Of a stretch of 64,000 nucleotides of DNA, positions 27,817 to 37,821 are shown in pieces. Source of the stretch: Candidatus Thalassarchaeaceae archaeon (GTDB taxonomy: Archaea > Thermoplasmatota > Poseidoniia > Poseidoniales > Thalassarchaeaceae). Numbering within the stretch: position 1 is the stretch's first letter; each line of letters opens with the position of its first letter. Location: positions 18,737-82,736 of the forward strand of contig JALRLV010000002.1 of assembly GCA_023268715.1 (NCBI GenBank). Direction: 5' to 3'. The notes under the pieces are model-generated. The model was not told the origin of the DNA. It worked only from the letters and a program-made list of their open reading frames with translations, and did no database searches. Both the position numbers and the translations under genes were made by a program.

Positions 27817-29427
27817 ATGGACAGATTGCCGACCCGAGTCGACCGTTCCGGCCAAGATTGGCAGCGTAGAAGGGAGCAAAACCTTGCTTTAGCAGCGGAC
27901 CTCAAGGAGCGATTGGAAGCAGTAAAACAGGGGGGTGGCGGGAAGTATGTCGAGAGACATCGCTCTCGAGGAAAGATGCTTCCTAGAGAGCGAATAGCAG
28001 AAATCTGCGATCCAGGAAGCCCTTTCTTGGAATTGTCGAGTTTGGCGGCGAATGAATTGTATGATGGTAAAGCTCAGTCGGCTGGAATCATCACCGGGAT
28101 TGGTTTAGTCCATGGCCGAGAATGCCTTTTCGTGGCAAACGATGCAACCGTTAAGGGCGGTTCCTACTACCCTATGACGGTGAAGAAGCATATTCGAGCC
28201 CAAGATGTTGCAGATGCTAACAATCTACCATGCATCTACCTTGTCGATAGCGGAGGGGCATTCTTGCCAATGCAAGATGAGGTATTCCCCGACATTGGCC
28301 ATTTTGGGCGCATCTTCAGAAATCAAGCCATGATGTCGGGCAAGGGAATTCCACAGGTAGCTGCAGTTCTAGGAAGTTGTACGGCAGGAGGCGCATACGT
28401 TCCAGCGATGTCTGATGAATCGATTATCGTCAAGGGTAATGGAACAATTTTCCTCGCCGGGCCACCACTGGTGAAGGCAGCGACAGGCGAGGAAGTCAGC
28501 GCGGAGGATCTAGGCGGCGCTGATGTTCACACCAGAGAATCTGGTGTAGCTGACCATTTCGCAGAAAATGAGGAGGAAGCCCTACGAATGGTTCGTAATG
28601 TTGTAGAGAATCTCAACATTGAGCCAAAGCAAAGATTGGACTTTAAGCCAGTAGAAGAACCCGCTCACGATGCTGAGGACTTGATGGGAATAATCCCCAC
28701 CGACAATCGTACACCATTCGATGTTCGTGAAGTAATTGCTAGAATCGTCGACGGCTCTCGCTTCCACGAATTCAAACCACGATATGGCAATACCTTGGTT
28801 TGTGGCTTTGCCAGAATACATGGTTATCCTGTTGGAATCGTAGCAAACAATGGGATTCTATTCTCCGAATCATCTCTCAAAGGTGCTCACTTTGTCGAAT
28901 TATGCGGTCAGCGTGGAGTGCCACTAATCTTCTTGCAGAATATTACTGGATTCATGGTTGGCCGTGACGCTGAGTCTGGTGGTATCGCAAAGGATGGTGC
29001 TAAACTCGTCACCGCTGTCTCTTGTGTTCCTGTTCCTAAATTTACGGTAATTATCGGTGGCTCTCACGGTGCTGGAAATTATGGTATGTGCGGCCGAGCA
29101 TATGACCCACGATTCCTATTCATGTGGCCTAACGCAAGAATTTCGGTTATGGGTGGGCCACAAGCCGCTGACGTTCTTGCCACCGTTAAACAGGATCAAA
29201 GAGCCAGAGAAGGACTTTCTCCGATGTCGGGGGAAGAATTGGAGGAGTTCCGTCGACCAATTCTAGAGAAATATGAGACTGAAGGCTCGCCTTACTACTC
29301 AACCGCCCGGCTTTGGGACGATGGAGTAATTGATCCTCGTGACACTAGAGATGTCTTAGGGCTAGCAATATCTGCAAGTCTTAACGCTCCATTCCCAGAT
29401 AACGGATATGGCGTATTCAGGATGTGA
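27817..29427 (+). CDS. Acyl-CoA carboxylase carboxyltransferase subunit (methylcrotonyl-CoA carboxylase beta-like)
   Basis: [35 protein letters not shown]...[43 protein letters not shown]...[15 protein letters not shown] aligns closely with the MccB/PccB carboxyltransferase family. Confidence 0.85.
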   Translation: MDRLPTRVDRSGQDWQRRREQNLALAADLKERLEAVKQGGGGKYVERHRSRGKMLPRERIAEICDPGSPFLELSSLAANELYDGKAQSAGIITGIGLVHGRECLFVANDATVKGGSYYPMTVKKHIRAQDVADANNLPCIYLVDSGGAFLPMQDEVFPDIGHFGRIFRNQAMMSGKGIPQVAAVLGSCTAGGAYVPAMSDESIIVKGNGTIFLAGPPLVKAATGEEVSAEDLGGADVHTRESGVADHFAENEEEALRMVRNVVENLNIEPKQRLDFKPVEEPAHDAEDLMGIIPTDNRTPFDVREVIARIVDGSRFHEFKPRYGNTLVCGFARIHGYPVGIVANNGILFSESSLKGAHFVELCGQRGVPLIFLQNITGFMVGRDAESGGIAKDGAKLVTAVSCVPVPKFTVIIGGSHGAGNYGMCGRAYDPRFLFMWPNARISVMGGPQAADVLATVKQDQRAREGLSPMSGEELEEFRRPILEKYETEGSPYYSTARLWDDGVIDPRDTRDVLGLAISASLNAPFPDNGYGVFRM

Positions 29428-29431
29428 AATC

Positions 29432-30301
29432 ATGCAAGTTACGAAAATGAGTGACGCAAAACCTGTAGCCGAACTTTGTAGCCTCGAGATAGATGGCGCT
29501 ATTGCCAGGCTAACTCTACGCCGCTCAGATGTATTCAACGCCCTAAACGTACAGTTGATTTCAGAAATGGTCGAAGCGCTAAGTTGGACTGCTCAGAGAT
29601 CCGTTGGGGTCACTCAATCTCTTCACGATTCTGACGGCGCAGAATATCTGCGTGTAATCGTTCTTCGCGGAGATGGAAAGCACTTCTGCGCCGGCGCGGA
29701 CATCAATATGATGCGGGATGCTGGCGCGGCAACACCAGAAGAAAATCGAGCAGATTCAGAAAGGCTTGATCGCCTATTCTATTCACTATGGGCTCATCCT
29801 TGCTTTACCATTGGTGCAGTGCAAGGCGTAGCTCTTGGAGGAGGTGCAGGACTCGTAGCCTGCGTCGATCACGCGATTGGTGAACCACGTACAAGAATCG
29901 CTCTTTCCGAAGCCAAATTAGGAATTCTTCCAGCAGTAATTGGACCCTATGTGTATCGTAAGTTAGGCAGTGCCGAATTCCGCAGACTTTCGATGCTGGC
30001 TAGTAGAGTTGGCTCGGAAGAAGGCCTACGAATTGGTTGGCTAAACCAAGTAGTAGATTCCCCTATAGAATTCGATCAGGCTATCGGACGAGTAGTTGCA
30101 GATGTGATGACTACCGGACCAATGGCCGTGGCTGAATCCAAGAAGCTGGCCATGACCTTCGATATTTGGAAAGCAGGTGATGATGAACTACGACTTTGGA
30201 CACTCGACAAGACGAGTCAAATGCGAGGGTCTAGGGAAGGTCAGGAAGGCCTCTCCTCCTTCCTTGAAAGAAGAAAGCCGGATTGGGCACCAGAAGAGTG
30301 A
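29432..30301 (+). CDS. Enoyl-CoA hydratase/isomerase (crotonase) family, methylglutaconyl-CoA hydratase-like
   Basis: Crotonase-fold motifs (GAIARLTLRRSDVFNALN, KHFCAGADI, VQGVALGGGAGLVACVDHAI). Start is ambiguous among ATGs at 29408, 29432 and 29447. Confidence 0.8.
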   Translation: MQVTKMSDAKPVAELCSLEIDGAIARLTLRRSDVFNALNVQLISEMVEALSWTAQRSVGVTQSLHDSDGAEYLRVIVLRGDGKHFCAGADINMMRDAGAATPEENRADSERLDRLFYSLWAHPCFTIGAVQGVALGGGAGLVACVDHAIGEPRTRIALSEAKLGILPAVIGPYVYRKLGSAEFRRLSMLASRVGSEEGLRIGWLNQVVDSPIEFDQAIGRVVADVMTTGPMAVAESKKLAMTFDIWKAGDDELRLWTLDKTSQMRGSREGQEGLSSFLERRKPDWAPEE

Positions 30302-30310
30302 GTTGGTATA

Positions 30311-31864
30311 ATGATTCCAGATTGGATGAGTTCAGCCCCTCGTCCATTTGATACGGTTTTGGTTGCAAATCGAGGGGAGATTGCGGTCAGAGTTTTACGG
30401 GCTGCAAAAGAATCAGGACTTCGAGGAATTGCGGTTTATTCCGACCCTGATGCAGGCTCTTTGCACGTCGAAAATGCAGATCAGGCTGTTCATCTTCCAG
30501 GTGCGACTCTAGCGGATACTTACCTCAATGGAGATGCCATTATCGAGGCCGCCCGCTCTACCGGTGCTCAAGCGATTCATCCGGGTTTCGGATTCCTTTC
30601 TGAGCGGGCTGATTTTGCAAATGCGGTCAAGGCTGCAGGTCTAATTTGGATTGGACCACCTGCAGATGCAATCGACACAATGGGTGACAAGATTTCTGCC
30701 CGCCGCTGTATGATAGAATCAGGAGTTCCGGTAATCCCTGGTGAAGAAATTTCCATTGGAGGTGATTCTGATCATCTAGGTGTTCTAGCTTCTGCAGCAG
30801 CTCGTGTTGGTTATCCTCTCTTGCTGAAAGCAAGCGCAGGTGGCGGAGGTAAGGGAATGCGTGCCGTGCACGAGCCCAAAATGCTGCGAACAGAATACGA
30901 AGCTGCGGCTAGAGAAGCAACTGCAGCATTCGGTGACGGCACGGTATATGTTGAGAGACTTCTGAAAGGTGCTCGTCACGTCGAAATCCAAGTTCTAGCA
31001 GATAGTCAAGGGAATTGTATTCACTTGAACGAAAGGGATTGTTCACTACAACGCCGACATCAGAAAGTCATCGAGGAAGCCCCGAGTCCAGCGGTCACTC
31101 CCACAATTAGAGAAGAGATGGGAGAAGCAGCTGTTCAGGCGGCAAAGGCTGTCGATTACGAAGGAGCAGGAACAGTTGAGTTCCTACTTTCTGACCGAGG
31201 CGAATTCTTCTTCTTAGAAATGAACACTCGTCTACAAGTAGAGCATCCGGTAACTGAGATGATTACTGGAATAGATATCGTACAGAAGCAATTTGAAGTT
31301 GCAGCAGGATTACCACTTGGATTATCTCAATCCGATATTGGAATCACTGGTCATTCTATGGAAGCCCGAATCTATGCAGAAGATCCCAGTAAAGGATTCC
31401 TGCCAGCAATTGGTGACCTAGCGATGTGGCGTGCACCAGCAGGTCCTGGAATTAGGGTCGACACTGGAGTTCGAGAAGGAGATGCTGTAACCGTCGACTT
31501 CGATCCGATGTTGGCCAAATTAATCGTTCACGCCCCAACAAGAACTGCAGCTGCAAGACGCCTAGATAATGCACTCTCTGACCTAAGGGCTCTTGGAGTA
31601 ATAACAAACATTGGATTCCTTCGTCAGATGACTACCCATCCGGATTTTATTTCTGGTGGAATAACGACTGATTATTTGGATTCAAGAGATATTTCTGATT
31701 TCGCGGAGCCAGACCCAGATCCTGCTACTCTTGTGGCCATTGCCGCAGCAGCAAGTCGATTCGGACTTGACCGTGCAGTCTCAAGGTCAACTGAGTCGTT
31801 TGTCGATGAACATACAGGGCACAGCGGAGACCCATTCAGGACCTTGACGAGGTCATTTCCCTGA
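30311..31864 (+). CDS. Biotin carboxylase subunit (biotin carboxylase domain only)
   Basis: ATP-grasp biotin carboxylase sequence throughout (VLVANRGEIAVRVLRAAKE...IHPGFGFLSE...GGGGKGMR...EMNTRLQVEHPVTE). No BCCP domain at the C-terminus. Confidence 0.9.
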   Translation: MIPDWMSSAPRPFDTVLVANRGEIAVRVLRAAKESGLRGIAVYSDPDAGSLHVENADQAVHLPGATLADTYLNGDAIIEAARSTGAQAIHPGFGFLSERADFANAVKAAGLIWIGPPADAIDTMGDKISARRCMIESGVPVIPGEEISIGGDSDHLGVLASAAARVGYPLLLKASAGGGGKGMRAVHEPKMLRTEYEAAAREATAAFGDGTVYVERLLKGARHVEIQVLADSQGNCIHLNERDCSLQRRHQKVIEEAPSPAVTPTIREEMGEAAVQAAKAVDYEGAGTVEFLLSDRGEFFFLEMNTRLQVEHPVTEMITGIDIVQKQFEVAAGLPLGLSQSDIGITGHSMEARIYAEDPSKGFLPAIGDLAMWRAPAGPGIRVDTGVREGDAVTVDFDPMLAKLIVHAPTRTAAARRLDNALSDLRALGVITNIGFLRQMTTHPDFISGGITTDYLDSRDISDFAEPDPDPATLVAIAAAASRFGLDRAVSRSTESFVDEHTGHSGDPFRTLTRSFP

Positions 31865-31875
31865 GGTGAAAAAAG

Positions 31876-32376
31876 ATGGAGTGGAGTATTGGAGAATCGG
31901 GTGTTCGTTACACCGCCAAATTGTCCGATTCAGAGGGTACACTCAGCCTCACGGGACTGACTCGGGATGAACACGAAGCACCACATTCTGAAATTGGAAT
32001 TACCCGAGATTCGCAAGGCGCTAGGCTCCTTGTCGACATAGACGGTTCCGCGCATATCGCCCACGTAGCAAAGGTTGGTGATGATTGGTGGATTCACATA
32101 AATGGGCGAATCCATGTCGTTCATGGTCACGAACCTGGAAGCGCTAATTCTACCGCAGGCGAAGGTGGTCTAACAGCACCGATGCCTGGAACTATTCTCG
32201 AGGTGCATGCAAAAGCCGGACAAAGAGTTCGCGAGGGCCAAACTTTGTTGGTAATGGAAGCGATGAAAATGGAGCACAGAATCCAAGCGCCGAAAGCCGG
32301 TGAAATACTTTCAGTGAATTTTTCAGAAGGCGACAGAGTCGATATGGGAGCGACTTTAGTTGAGCTCGGCGACTGA
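31876..32376 (+). CDS. Biotin carboxyl carrier protein (biotinyl/lipoyl domain) with N-terminal extension
   Basis: The C-terminus EAMKMEHRIQAPKAGEILSVNFSEGDRVDMGATLVEL carries the AMKM biotinylation motif. Confidence 0.8.
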   Translation: MEWSIGESGVRYTAKLSDSEGTLSLTGLTRDEHEAPHSEIGITRDSQGARLLVDIDGSAHIAHVAKVGDDWWIHINGRIHVVHGHEPGSANSTAGEGGLTAPMPGTILEVHAKAGQRVREGQTLLVMEAMKMEHRIQAPKAGEILSVNFSEGDRVDMGATLVELGD

Positions 32377-32423
32377 ATTATGCCGGCAACGGATTCAATA
32401 GTGGCCGATGGTTCGCCATAAAC

Positions 32424-33005
32424 GTGAACGAATTCGACATTATACTCGCATTATGTATGGGATTAGGCCTTGCTGCAGCCTCTGGATTCCGTGTTTTCCT
32501 ACCGCCTTTCCTACTTTCTATAGCGGTCCGAGCCGACGCTGTAGAAGTCGATTTGACGAATACATCATTGGAATATTTCGATTCTAATGTTGCGGTTATT
32601 CTTCTAGGAGTCGCTACAATAGCCGAACTTGCAGCATACTATGTTCCATGGGTTGACAATATATTGGATTCAATTGCAAGTCCTGCAGCAATTGTTGCAG
32701 GTACCGGAATGACCGCAATCGTTCTAGGAGGAACAGACCCAGTAATTCAGTGGGCTCTAGCAATCATCGCTGGTGGTGGTGTAACAGCAGCGGTACAGGG
32801 TGCAACAGTTGTCACTAGAGGAGTATCTACAGCCATAACCGCTGGAATTGGTAACCCAGTTGTATCAACAGGTGAAAATATAGCAAGTCTGATACTATCA
32901 ATAATGGCGATTTTCCTTGCTCCCTTGGCAGCACTCTTTGCCCTTATCCTACTCGCAATGATAGTCAAAGTGATGGTAAAGAAAGCCGATCCTTTGAGCG
33001 CCTAA
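32424..33005 (+). CDS. DUF4126-like small membrane protein
   Basis: N-terminus LALCMGLGLAAASGFRVFLPPFLLSIAV, with Gly/Ala-rich TM helices, resembles the DUF4126 family (assignment from memory). Confidence 0.5.
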   Translation: MNEFDIILALCMGLGLAAASGFRVFLPPFLLSIAVRADAVEVDLTNTSLEYFDSNVAVILLGVATIAELAAYYVPWVDNILDSIASPAAIVAGTGMTAIVLGGTDPVIQWALAIIAGGGVTAAVQGATVVTRGVSTAITAGIGNPVVSTGENIASLILSIMAIFLAPLAALFALILLAMIVKVMVKKADPLSA

Positions 33006-33007
33006 AT

Positions 33008-34288
33008 TCAATTTAGCGGTTTGAGAACTGTTTGACCGCCCATGTGTGGAACAAGAACATCAGGAACTCGCACTGTTCCATCTTCGTTCTGATATTGTTC
33101 CATAATCGCCACTAGAGCCCTGCTGGTCGCAACCGCAGTAGAATTCAGAGTATGAACTGCGGAATTTCCTTCGGCAGTGCGATATCTCATCCGTAGGCGA
33201 TTAGCTTGGTAATCGGTGCAATTTGAGCATGAAACAACTTCTTTGAATTCATTTGCGCCAGGCAACCAAGCCTCTAGGTCGTATTTCTTCGAGGCAACAG
33301 TCCCCATGTCGCCTGTGCAGATATTTACTACTCTGTAATGCAGACCTAGGCTATCCCATAACTCAACTGCATTGGTGAGTAACTCCTCATGATGTTCCCA
33401 GGAATCATCTGGCTTGCAAATGACAATTTGTTCAATTTTGGTAAATTGGTGCACTCTCCAAATTCCTCGATCAGACAACCCATGTGCTCCTACTTCGCGT
33501 CGGAAGCAAGAAGACACACCAACCAACTTAATCGGTAATTCGGATGGTTCGATAATTTCGTCCATTCTCATCGCAGTGAGTGGATGCTCGCTAGTAGCGA
33601 TGAGGTAGTATTTGTCTGGTTCAATACCATACATGACAGTCTCAAAGTCACCTAAGTCGGTGACGCCCTCGTAAGCCTCACGATTCATCATAAGCGGTGG
33701 TTGCACCAAGGTGTAGCCCCGTTCAATGAGGAAATTTGCGGAGTAACTCTGTAGAGCCATTTCTAATCGAGCGAGGTCACCCTGAAGGAAGTAGAAGCGA
33801 GAACCGGTTACCTTCGCGCCTCTAGCAAGGTCAACCCAATTATTCATCTCGATTAGGTCGTTATGATTACGCGCTTCGAATCCTAAAGTCGTCTTATCAC
33901 CGTGTAAACTGTGTAGGGTATTTTTCTGGTCATCTTCTCCTACCGGAACTGATTCATGCAGGATATTTGGAACTCGCATTCTAATTGCATCTCTCTCTGC
34001 CAAACAGGAATCGACTTTTTCACTCAGAGTATCAATCTCTTGCCCGAGACTGGCAACCTCTGCTAAAATTGCGTCTGCAGCGGCGGAATCTCCCGATTTC
34101 TTAGCTTCTGCAATACCTCTAGCGGCCTCATTCCGCTTCTTCCTGAGTTGGTCGACATCAAATCTTGCTTGCCGCCATTCTTCATCGAGACGAATCACCT
34201 CGTCTATGTTGTCATGGGGCATCTCTCTCTTGTCATGGTCGGCCCTCAGCACACCAGCGTGCTCTCGGAACATGCTCATTTCTAGCAT
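33008..34288 (-). CDS. serS: Seryl-tRNA synthetase
   Basis: N-terminal coiled-coil arm (VDQLRKKRNEAARGIAEAK...) and a class II catalytic core (FRREVGAHGLSDRGIWRVHQFTKIEQ, GNSAVHTLNSTAVATSRALVAIMENYQ). Confidence 0.9.
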   Translation of the reverse strand: MLEMSMFREHAGVLRADHDKREMPHDNIDEVIRLDEEWRQARFDVDQLRKKRNEAARGIAEAKKSGDSAAADAILAEVASLGQEIDTLSEKVDSCLAERDAIRMRVPNILHESVPVGEDDQKNTLHSLHGDKTTLGFEARNHNDLIEMNNWVDLARGAKVTGSRFYFLQGDLARLEMALQSYSANFLIERGYTLVQPPLMMNREAYEGVTDLGDFETVMYGIEPDKYYLIATSEHPLTAMRMDEIIEPSELPIKLVGVSSCFRREVGAHGLSDRGIWRVHQFTKIEQIVICKPDDSWEHHEELLTNAVELWDSLGLHYRVVNICTGDMGTVASKKYDLEAWLPGANEFKEVVSCSNCTDYQANRLRMRYRTAEGNSAVHTLNSTAVATSRALVAIMEQYQNEDGTVRVPDVLVPHMGGQTVLKPLN

Positions 34289-34361
34289 AGCAACCGAACC
34301 TTCGGGTTCAACACTTAGCCTTCAAAGAATCGGGGAATCTCACTCTTTCGAGCACGATGCG

Positions 34362-35402
34362 CTAGAGGAAGGTAATCGCCTGAAACAATTCTGCGGGCCC
34401 AACAGCATAGATTCCACTGATGATGTAACCCAAAATCGCCCCGCCGTTTAACAGTGGCAGCCCTGGTTGTGGATTTCCTTGGGCGACGAAGGTCATCAGG
34501 AGCAAATATCCAACTAGTCCTCCTATAAGTGTACCAATTGCTACAACGATTTGCGCCATATAGAAAGTACCGTATGGGTTCCAAATTTCTGGTCCCCAAT
34601 CAGGTAGGAAGGAAATTGCTGAGATGACTAACATACCGGGGAAGATAACGTCTCCCAGACCCATGAATAAGGCATCCCGACTCTTCTTTTTCGGTTTCAT
34701 TATCTCCTGTCTCCCAACTAGGTCTGCTTCCATTACTTCTGTAGGAGGGGGAGGGGAGTCTTGCATTATGTCTCCTTCTTGATCGAGGAATGAGTACCCC
34801 TTTTCCTTCGGAGCGACAAGTAAAACAGGCAGTTTTAGTCCAATCATCGTATCTGCAAGTTCAAGCATATGCTTGCTTTTGTGAACTGCCCAATAATCGT
34901 AAATTGCGGCTAGAACCATGAAAATTATGACGAGTGTAGGAACGAATGAGATTCCAATCATCACTATTACTCCCGAACCTACCATTACTCCAACTGAATT
35001 CACTACCCACCATTCTGGATAGCGATACAATGTGACCATGCTTCCGATGGTTATGACTAGAGCGGATAATCCGACAGAAGCTGCTGTAGCGAATCCAAGA
35101 ATGTATAGAATTAACAAGGTAAATGGTTGGATTGCATAGAACAAGCTTAGTCCAAGGGCGAGCATTACTATACCTTTGATTAGGTAATCCAATCCCTTTC
35201 TCGCCAACCAAATAATTCCTACTGTGAAAATTCCGATCATCAATAGTTCAAACAAAATAAACCCAGATTTCGTAGTCCCTTCTTCCCCGAATGCTCTAGC
35301 TTCTGGAATATCATATAGCGGTTGAATGAACATACCGATTCCTATAGTCACAATGAACATTCCAGCCATGCCAAGCATCGATTCCCATTGCTCCATCATC
35401 AT
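34362..35402 (-). CDS. Presenilin/signal-peptide-peptidase-like intramembrane aspartyl protease (A22 family)
   Basis: Start taken at the MMME methionines (35402) rather than the basic low-complexity extension reaching 35531. Nine TM helices with the family motifs in the right places: YD (AAIYDYWAV), GLGD (FMGLGDVIFPG) and a PAL-like QPGLPLLNGG, plus a hydrophilic loop between the YD and GLGD helices. Confidence 0.65.
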   Translation of the reverse strand: MMMEQWESMLGMAGMFIVTIGIGMFIQPLYDIPEARAFGEEGTTKSGFILFELLMIGIFTVGIIWLARKGLDYLIKGIVMLALGLSLFYAIQPFTLLILYILGFATAASVGLSALVITIGSMVTLYRYPEWWVVNSVGVMVGSGVIVMIGISFVPTLVIIFMVLAAIYDYWAVHKSKHMLELADTMIGLKLPVLLVAPKEKGYSFLDQEGDIMQDSPPPPTEVMEADLVGRQEIMKPKKKSRDALFMGLGDVIFPGMLVISAISFLPDWGPEIWNPYGTFYMAQIVVAIGTLIGGLVGYLLLMTFVAQGNPQPGLPLLNGGAILGYIISGIYAVGPAELFQAITFL

Positions 35403-35508
35403 CTCGATGACACTTTCACTTCGGTCGGACACAATCTCCCCCAAGTTCAAGTTCCATATCACCTTGACCCGTACCCGCGCCCTGTAGGGGCGCGACGGTT
35501 GTGTAGCA

Positions 35509-36732
35509 ATGGAAGACCGAGAATGGCTCATGGATAGGCGATTTGCCGGTATGAATCTCGGTTTGCAAAGAATAGAGTTGTTACTACAGAAGATGGATAA
35601 TCCGCAATTGGATTTCCCATCGATTCATGTTGCTGGGACGAATGGAAAGGGAACTCTGTGTGCCTTTCTTTCCAGCGCAGCGGCAAATAGCGGTTTGAAG
35701 GTGGGTCTGTTTACTACCCCACATCTTGTTGTCATTGAAGAGAGGGTTCGTATCGACGGAGAGGTAATCGATTCGCGGACTTTCGATGAGCATCTTTCTG
35801 TGGTTCGTGCTGCTGCAGTAGAAGTTGGAAGAGAATTAGGCGAAGAACCAACTTTCTACGAATGTACATTTGCAATCGCCATGCTAGCCTTCTCTCACGC
35901 TGGCATAGATCGTGCAATAATCGAAACAGGATTAGGCGGAGAGGGCGATGCAACATGTTTGGTCGATGCAGACCTATGCGTCATTACCACAATTGGGCTC
36001 GATCATACCGAAATCCTCGGAAATACTCGTGAGCAAATCGCTCGCGCTAAAGCGGGAATTCATCGAGAGGGGGTGCCAATGGTGGTTTACCATCCCGGAG
36101 AAGAATCCGTTTTGGAAACGATTGCCGAGGTGGCTGGCGACGACTTGTATGTCCATGAGGGATCAGAGATTGACAATTATTGGGAAAATTGGTTCATTTT
36201 TGCAGGATATATCGCCACAACATTTGGATGGGAATTACCAACAAAGGATATCAATTGGCCTGGACGTTCTCCAAATTGGCCGCCAAAAGAATTGTTCAAT
36301 TCCGAAATTAGAATTAGCGCTGCTCACAATGCCGATGGTTTACAGACCGAATTAATGTCAATTAAAGAGCCCACAATTCTTCTCATCGGAGTTACTCAAA
36401 AAGCCAATTTGGAAGAGGCTTTAGCCGATGTAACAAGTGAAGTTTGGCATATGCCAACATTCCGTCACATCATCGTTACAGAACCAACCACTGGAAGAAA
36501 TCCAGCGGTGGATGCAGAGGAGCTCGCTGACCTGATTTTTTCAAATAGATTGGACGAACCAAAAATCGAAAGAGACCCGACAAAGGCTCTTGTCATCGCA
36601 GAAATCATGTCAAGGCAAGCGGGTTGTAGCATCTCCGTTATGGGTAGTGTATATCTAGTCGGGGATTTGCTAAAGTTTGCTGTAGAACGAAGCGATGGCG
36701 ACCTTTGGGAGCATCTTCGCGTACATTCATGA
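35509..36732 (+). CDS. folC: Folylpolyglutamate synthase / dihydrofolate synthase (Mur ligase family)
   Basis: P-loop VAGTNGKGTLCAF plus Mur-ligase central and C-terminal domains. Start could also be a downstream in-frame ATG (MDRR or MNLG). Confidence 0.8.
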   Translation: MEDREWLMDRRFAGMNLGLQRIELLLQKMDNPQLDFPSIHVAGTNGKGTLCAFLSSAAANSGLKVGLFTTPHLVVIEERVRIDGEVIDSRTFDEHLSVVRAAAVEVGRELGEEPTFYECTFAIAMLAFSHAGIDRAIIETGLGGEGDATCLVDADLCVITTIGLDHTEILGNTREQIARAKAGIHREGVPMVVYHPGEESVLETIAEVAGDDLYVHEGSEIDNYWENWFIFAGYIATTFGWELPTKDINWPGRSPNWPPKELFNSEIRISAAHNADGLQTELMSIKEPTILLIGVTQKANLEEALADVTSEVWHMPTFRHIIVTEPTTGRNPAVDAEELADLIFSNRLDEPKIERDPTKALVIAEIMSRQAGCSISVMGSVYLVGDLLKFAVERSDGDLWEHLRVHS

Positions 36733-36802
36733 GGGAATTCTCCATGTATTCAGAGGCAAACCGAGATAACGACCTTCCTTGTGGGCTGGTATAGTTGGTT
36801 AG

Positions 36803-37240
36803 ATGAGTTTGAAATGGGATGCACGATTTCTTGACCTAGCGAAACATATCTCAGACTGGTCGAAGGATCCGTCTACTAAGGTCGGCTGTGTAGTAGTCGG
36901 AGAAGACAGAGAAGTCCGTTCGACTGGATTTAATGGGTTTCCAAGGGGAATCGAAGATACCGCTGCTAGGCTAAACGACCGTAGTCAGAAGTATCCGATG
37001 ATTTGTCATGCCGAAGAAAATGCAATCATGCACGCGGCTCGAATCGGTATTTCACTCAAGGATTGTACTGCGTATGTTACTTGGCCACCTTGCTCACGAT
37101 GCGCTCGTTCTTTGATTCAAGCCGGAGTTCGGGAAGTAGTATACCCTGAAGATTGTGAGATTCCAGAGCGCTGGGAGGAAGACTTCGCTATTGCAACCAG
37201 TATGTTTACTGAGTCCGGTGTAAACTATCGCTCAGCCTAA
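36803..37240 (+). CDS. dCMP/cytidine deaminase (zinc-dependent)
   Basis: CHAEENAI...PCSRCA zinc-binding motifs (H-x-E ... P-C-x2-C). Confidence 0.85.
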   Translation: MSLKWDARFLDLAKHISDWSKDPSTKVGCVVVGEDREVRSTGFNGFPRGIEDTAARLNDRSQKYPMICHAEENAIMHAARIGISLKDCTAYVTWPPCSRCARSLIQAGVREVVYPEDCEIPERWEEDFAIATSMFTESGVNYRSA

Positions 37241-37241
37241 C

Positions 37242-37808
37242 TTATTCAGAAAGCATAACCCAGAGTTCCTCTAAGTCTGAATGTAAATCCTCAAGGCTTC
37301 CATCGTTGACTAGTACGAGATCGGCGAGGGCCGCAGTTGCATTGAGGGCTTGACCAGATTCATCTTTTGCAACAGCTTCCTTCTCTTCATTTGCGAAGAA
37401 AGTCTCTCTGTCAACAATATCTCCAGTCCTTGCACGAGCCTGTGCTCTTTCCCAGCGCGCATCCATTCCCGCACGAACTTCGATTAGAATGAAATCATCT
37501 CGTTCCTGTAAGGCCTCTACTTCACCGGGAGTTCTAATCGAATCGATTACTGCATTCTTTCCGTCTAATCTCTTGAGTAGCATTTCCGCTAGAATCCCCG
37601 GTCCACCGCTTCTACGTAACTCGTTGCCACCATTAATTAGATTCTCTCGAGATTCTTCGATTCCTTTCTCTTTTAGATGAGCACGTATGGAATCCGAGCA
37701 TGATTCACTAGCCAATCCCTTAGAAATTAGAAAGTTCACCACGGTTGATTTTCCCGAGGCATAGCGTCCAGTCAGACCGATTAGCACATGACCCCGAAAG
37801 GTCGGCAT
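37242..37808 (-). CDS. P-loop nucleotide/nucleoside kinase (dephospho-CoA kinase-like)
   Basis: Walker A GLTGRYASGKST near the N-terminus, about 190 aa. Resembles the CoaE N-terminus but the family is not certain. Confidence 0.45.
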   Translation of the reverse strand: MPTFRGHVLIGLTGRYASGKSTVVNFLISKGLASESCSDSIRAHLKEKGIEESRENLINGGNELRRSGGPGILAEMLLKRLDGKNAVIDSIRTPGEVEALQERDDFILIEVRAGMDARWERAQARARTGDIVDRETFFANEEKEAVAKDESGQALNATAALADLVLVNDGSLEDLHSDLEELWVMLSE

Positions 37809-37821
37809 TCAATATCGCTTT

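Noticed and set aside
35403-35531. N-terminal 43-codon extension of the presenilin-like ORF overlapping folC
   Set aside because: It is a basic low-complexity peptide before a run of three Met codons that begin the first TM helix. Using it would create a 23-nt head-to-head coding overlap with folC.
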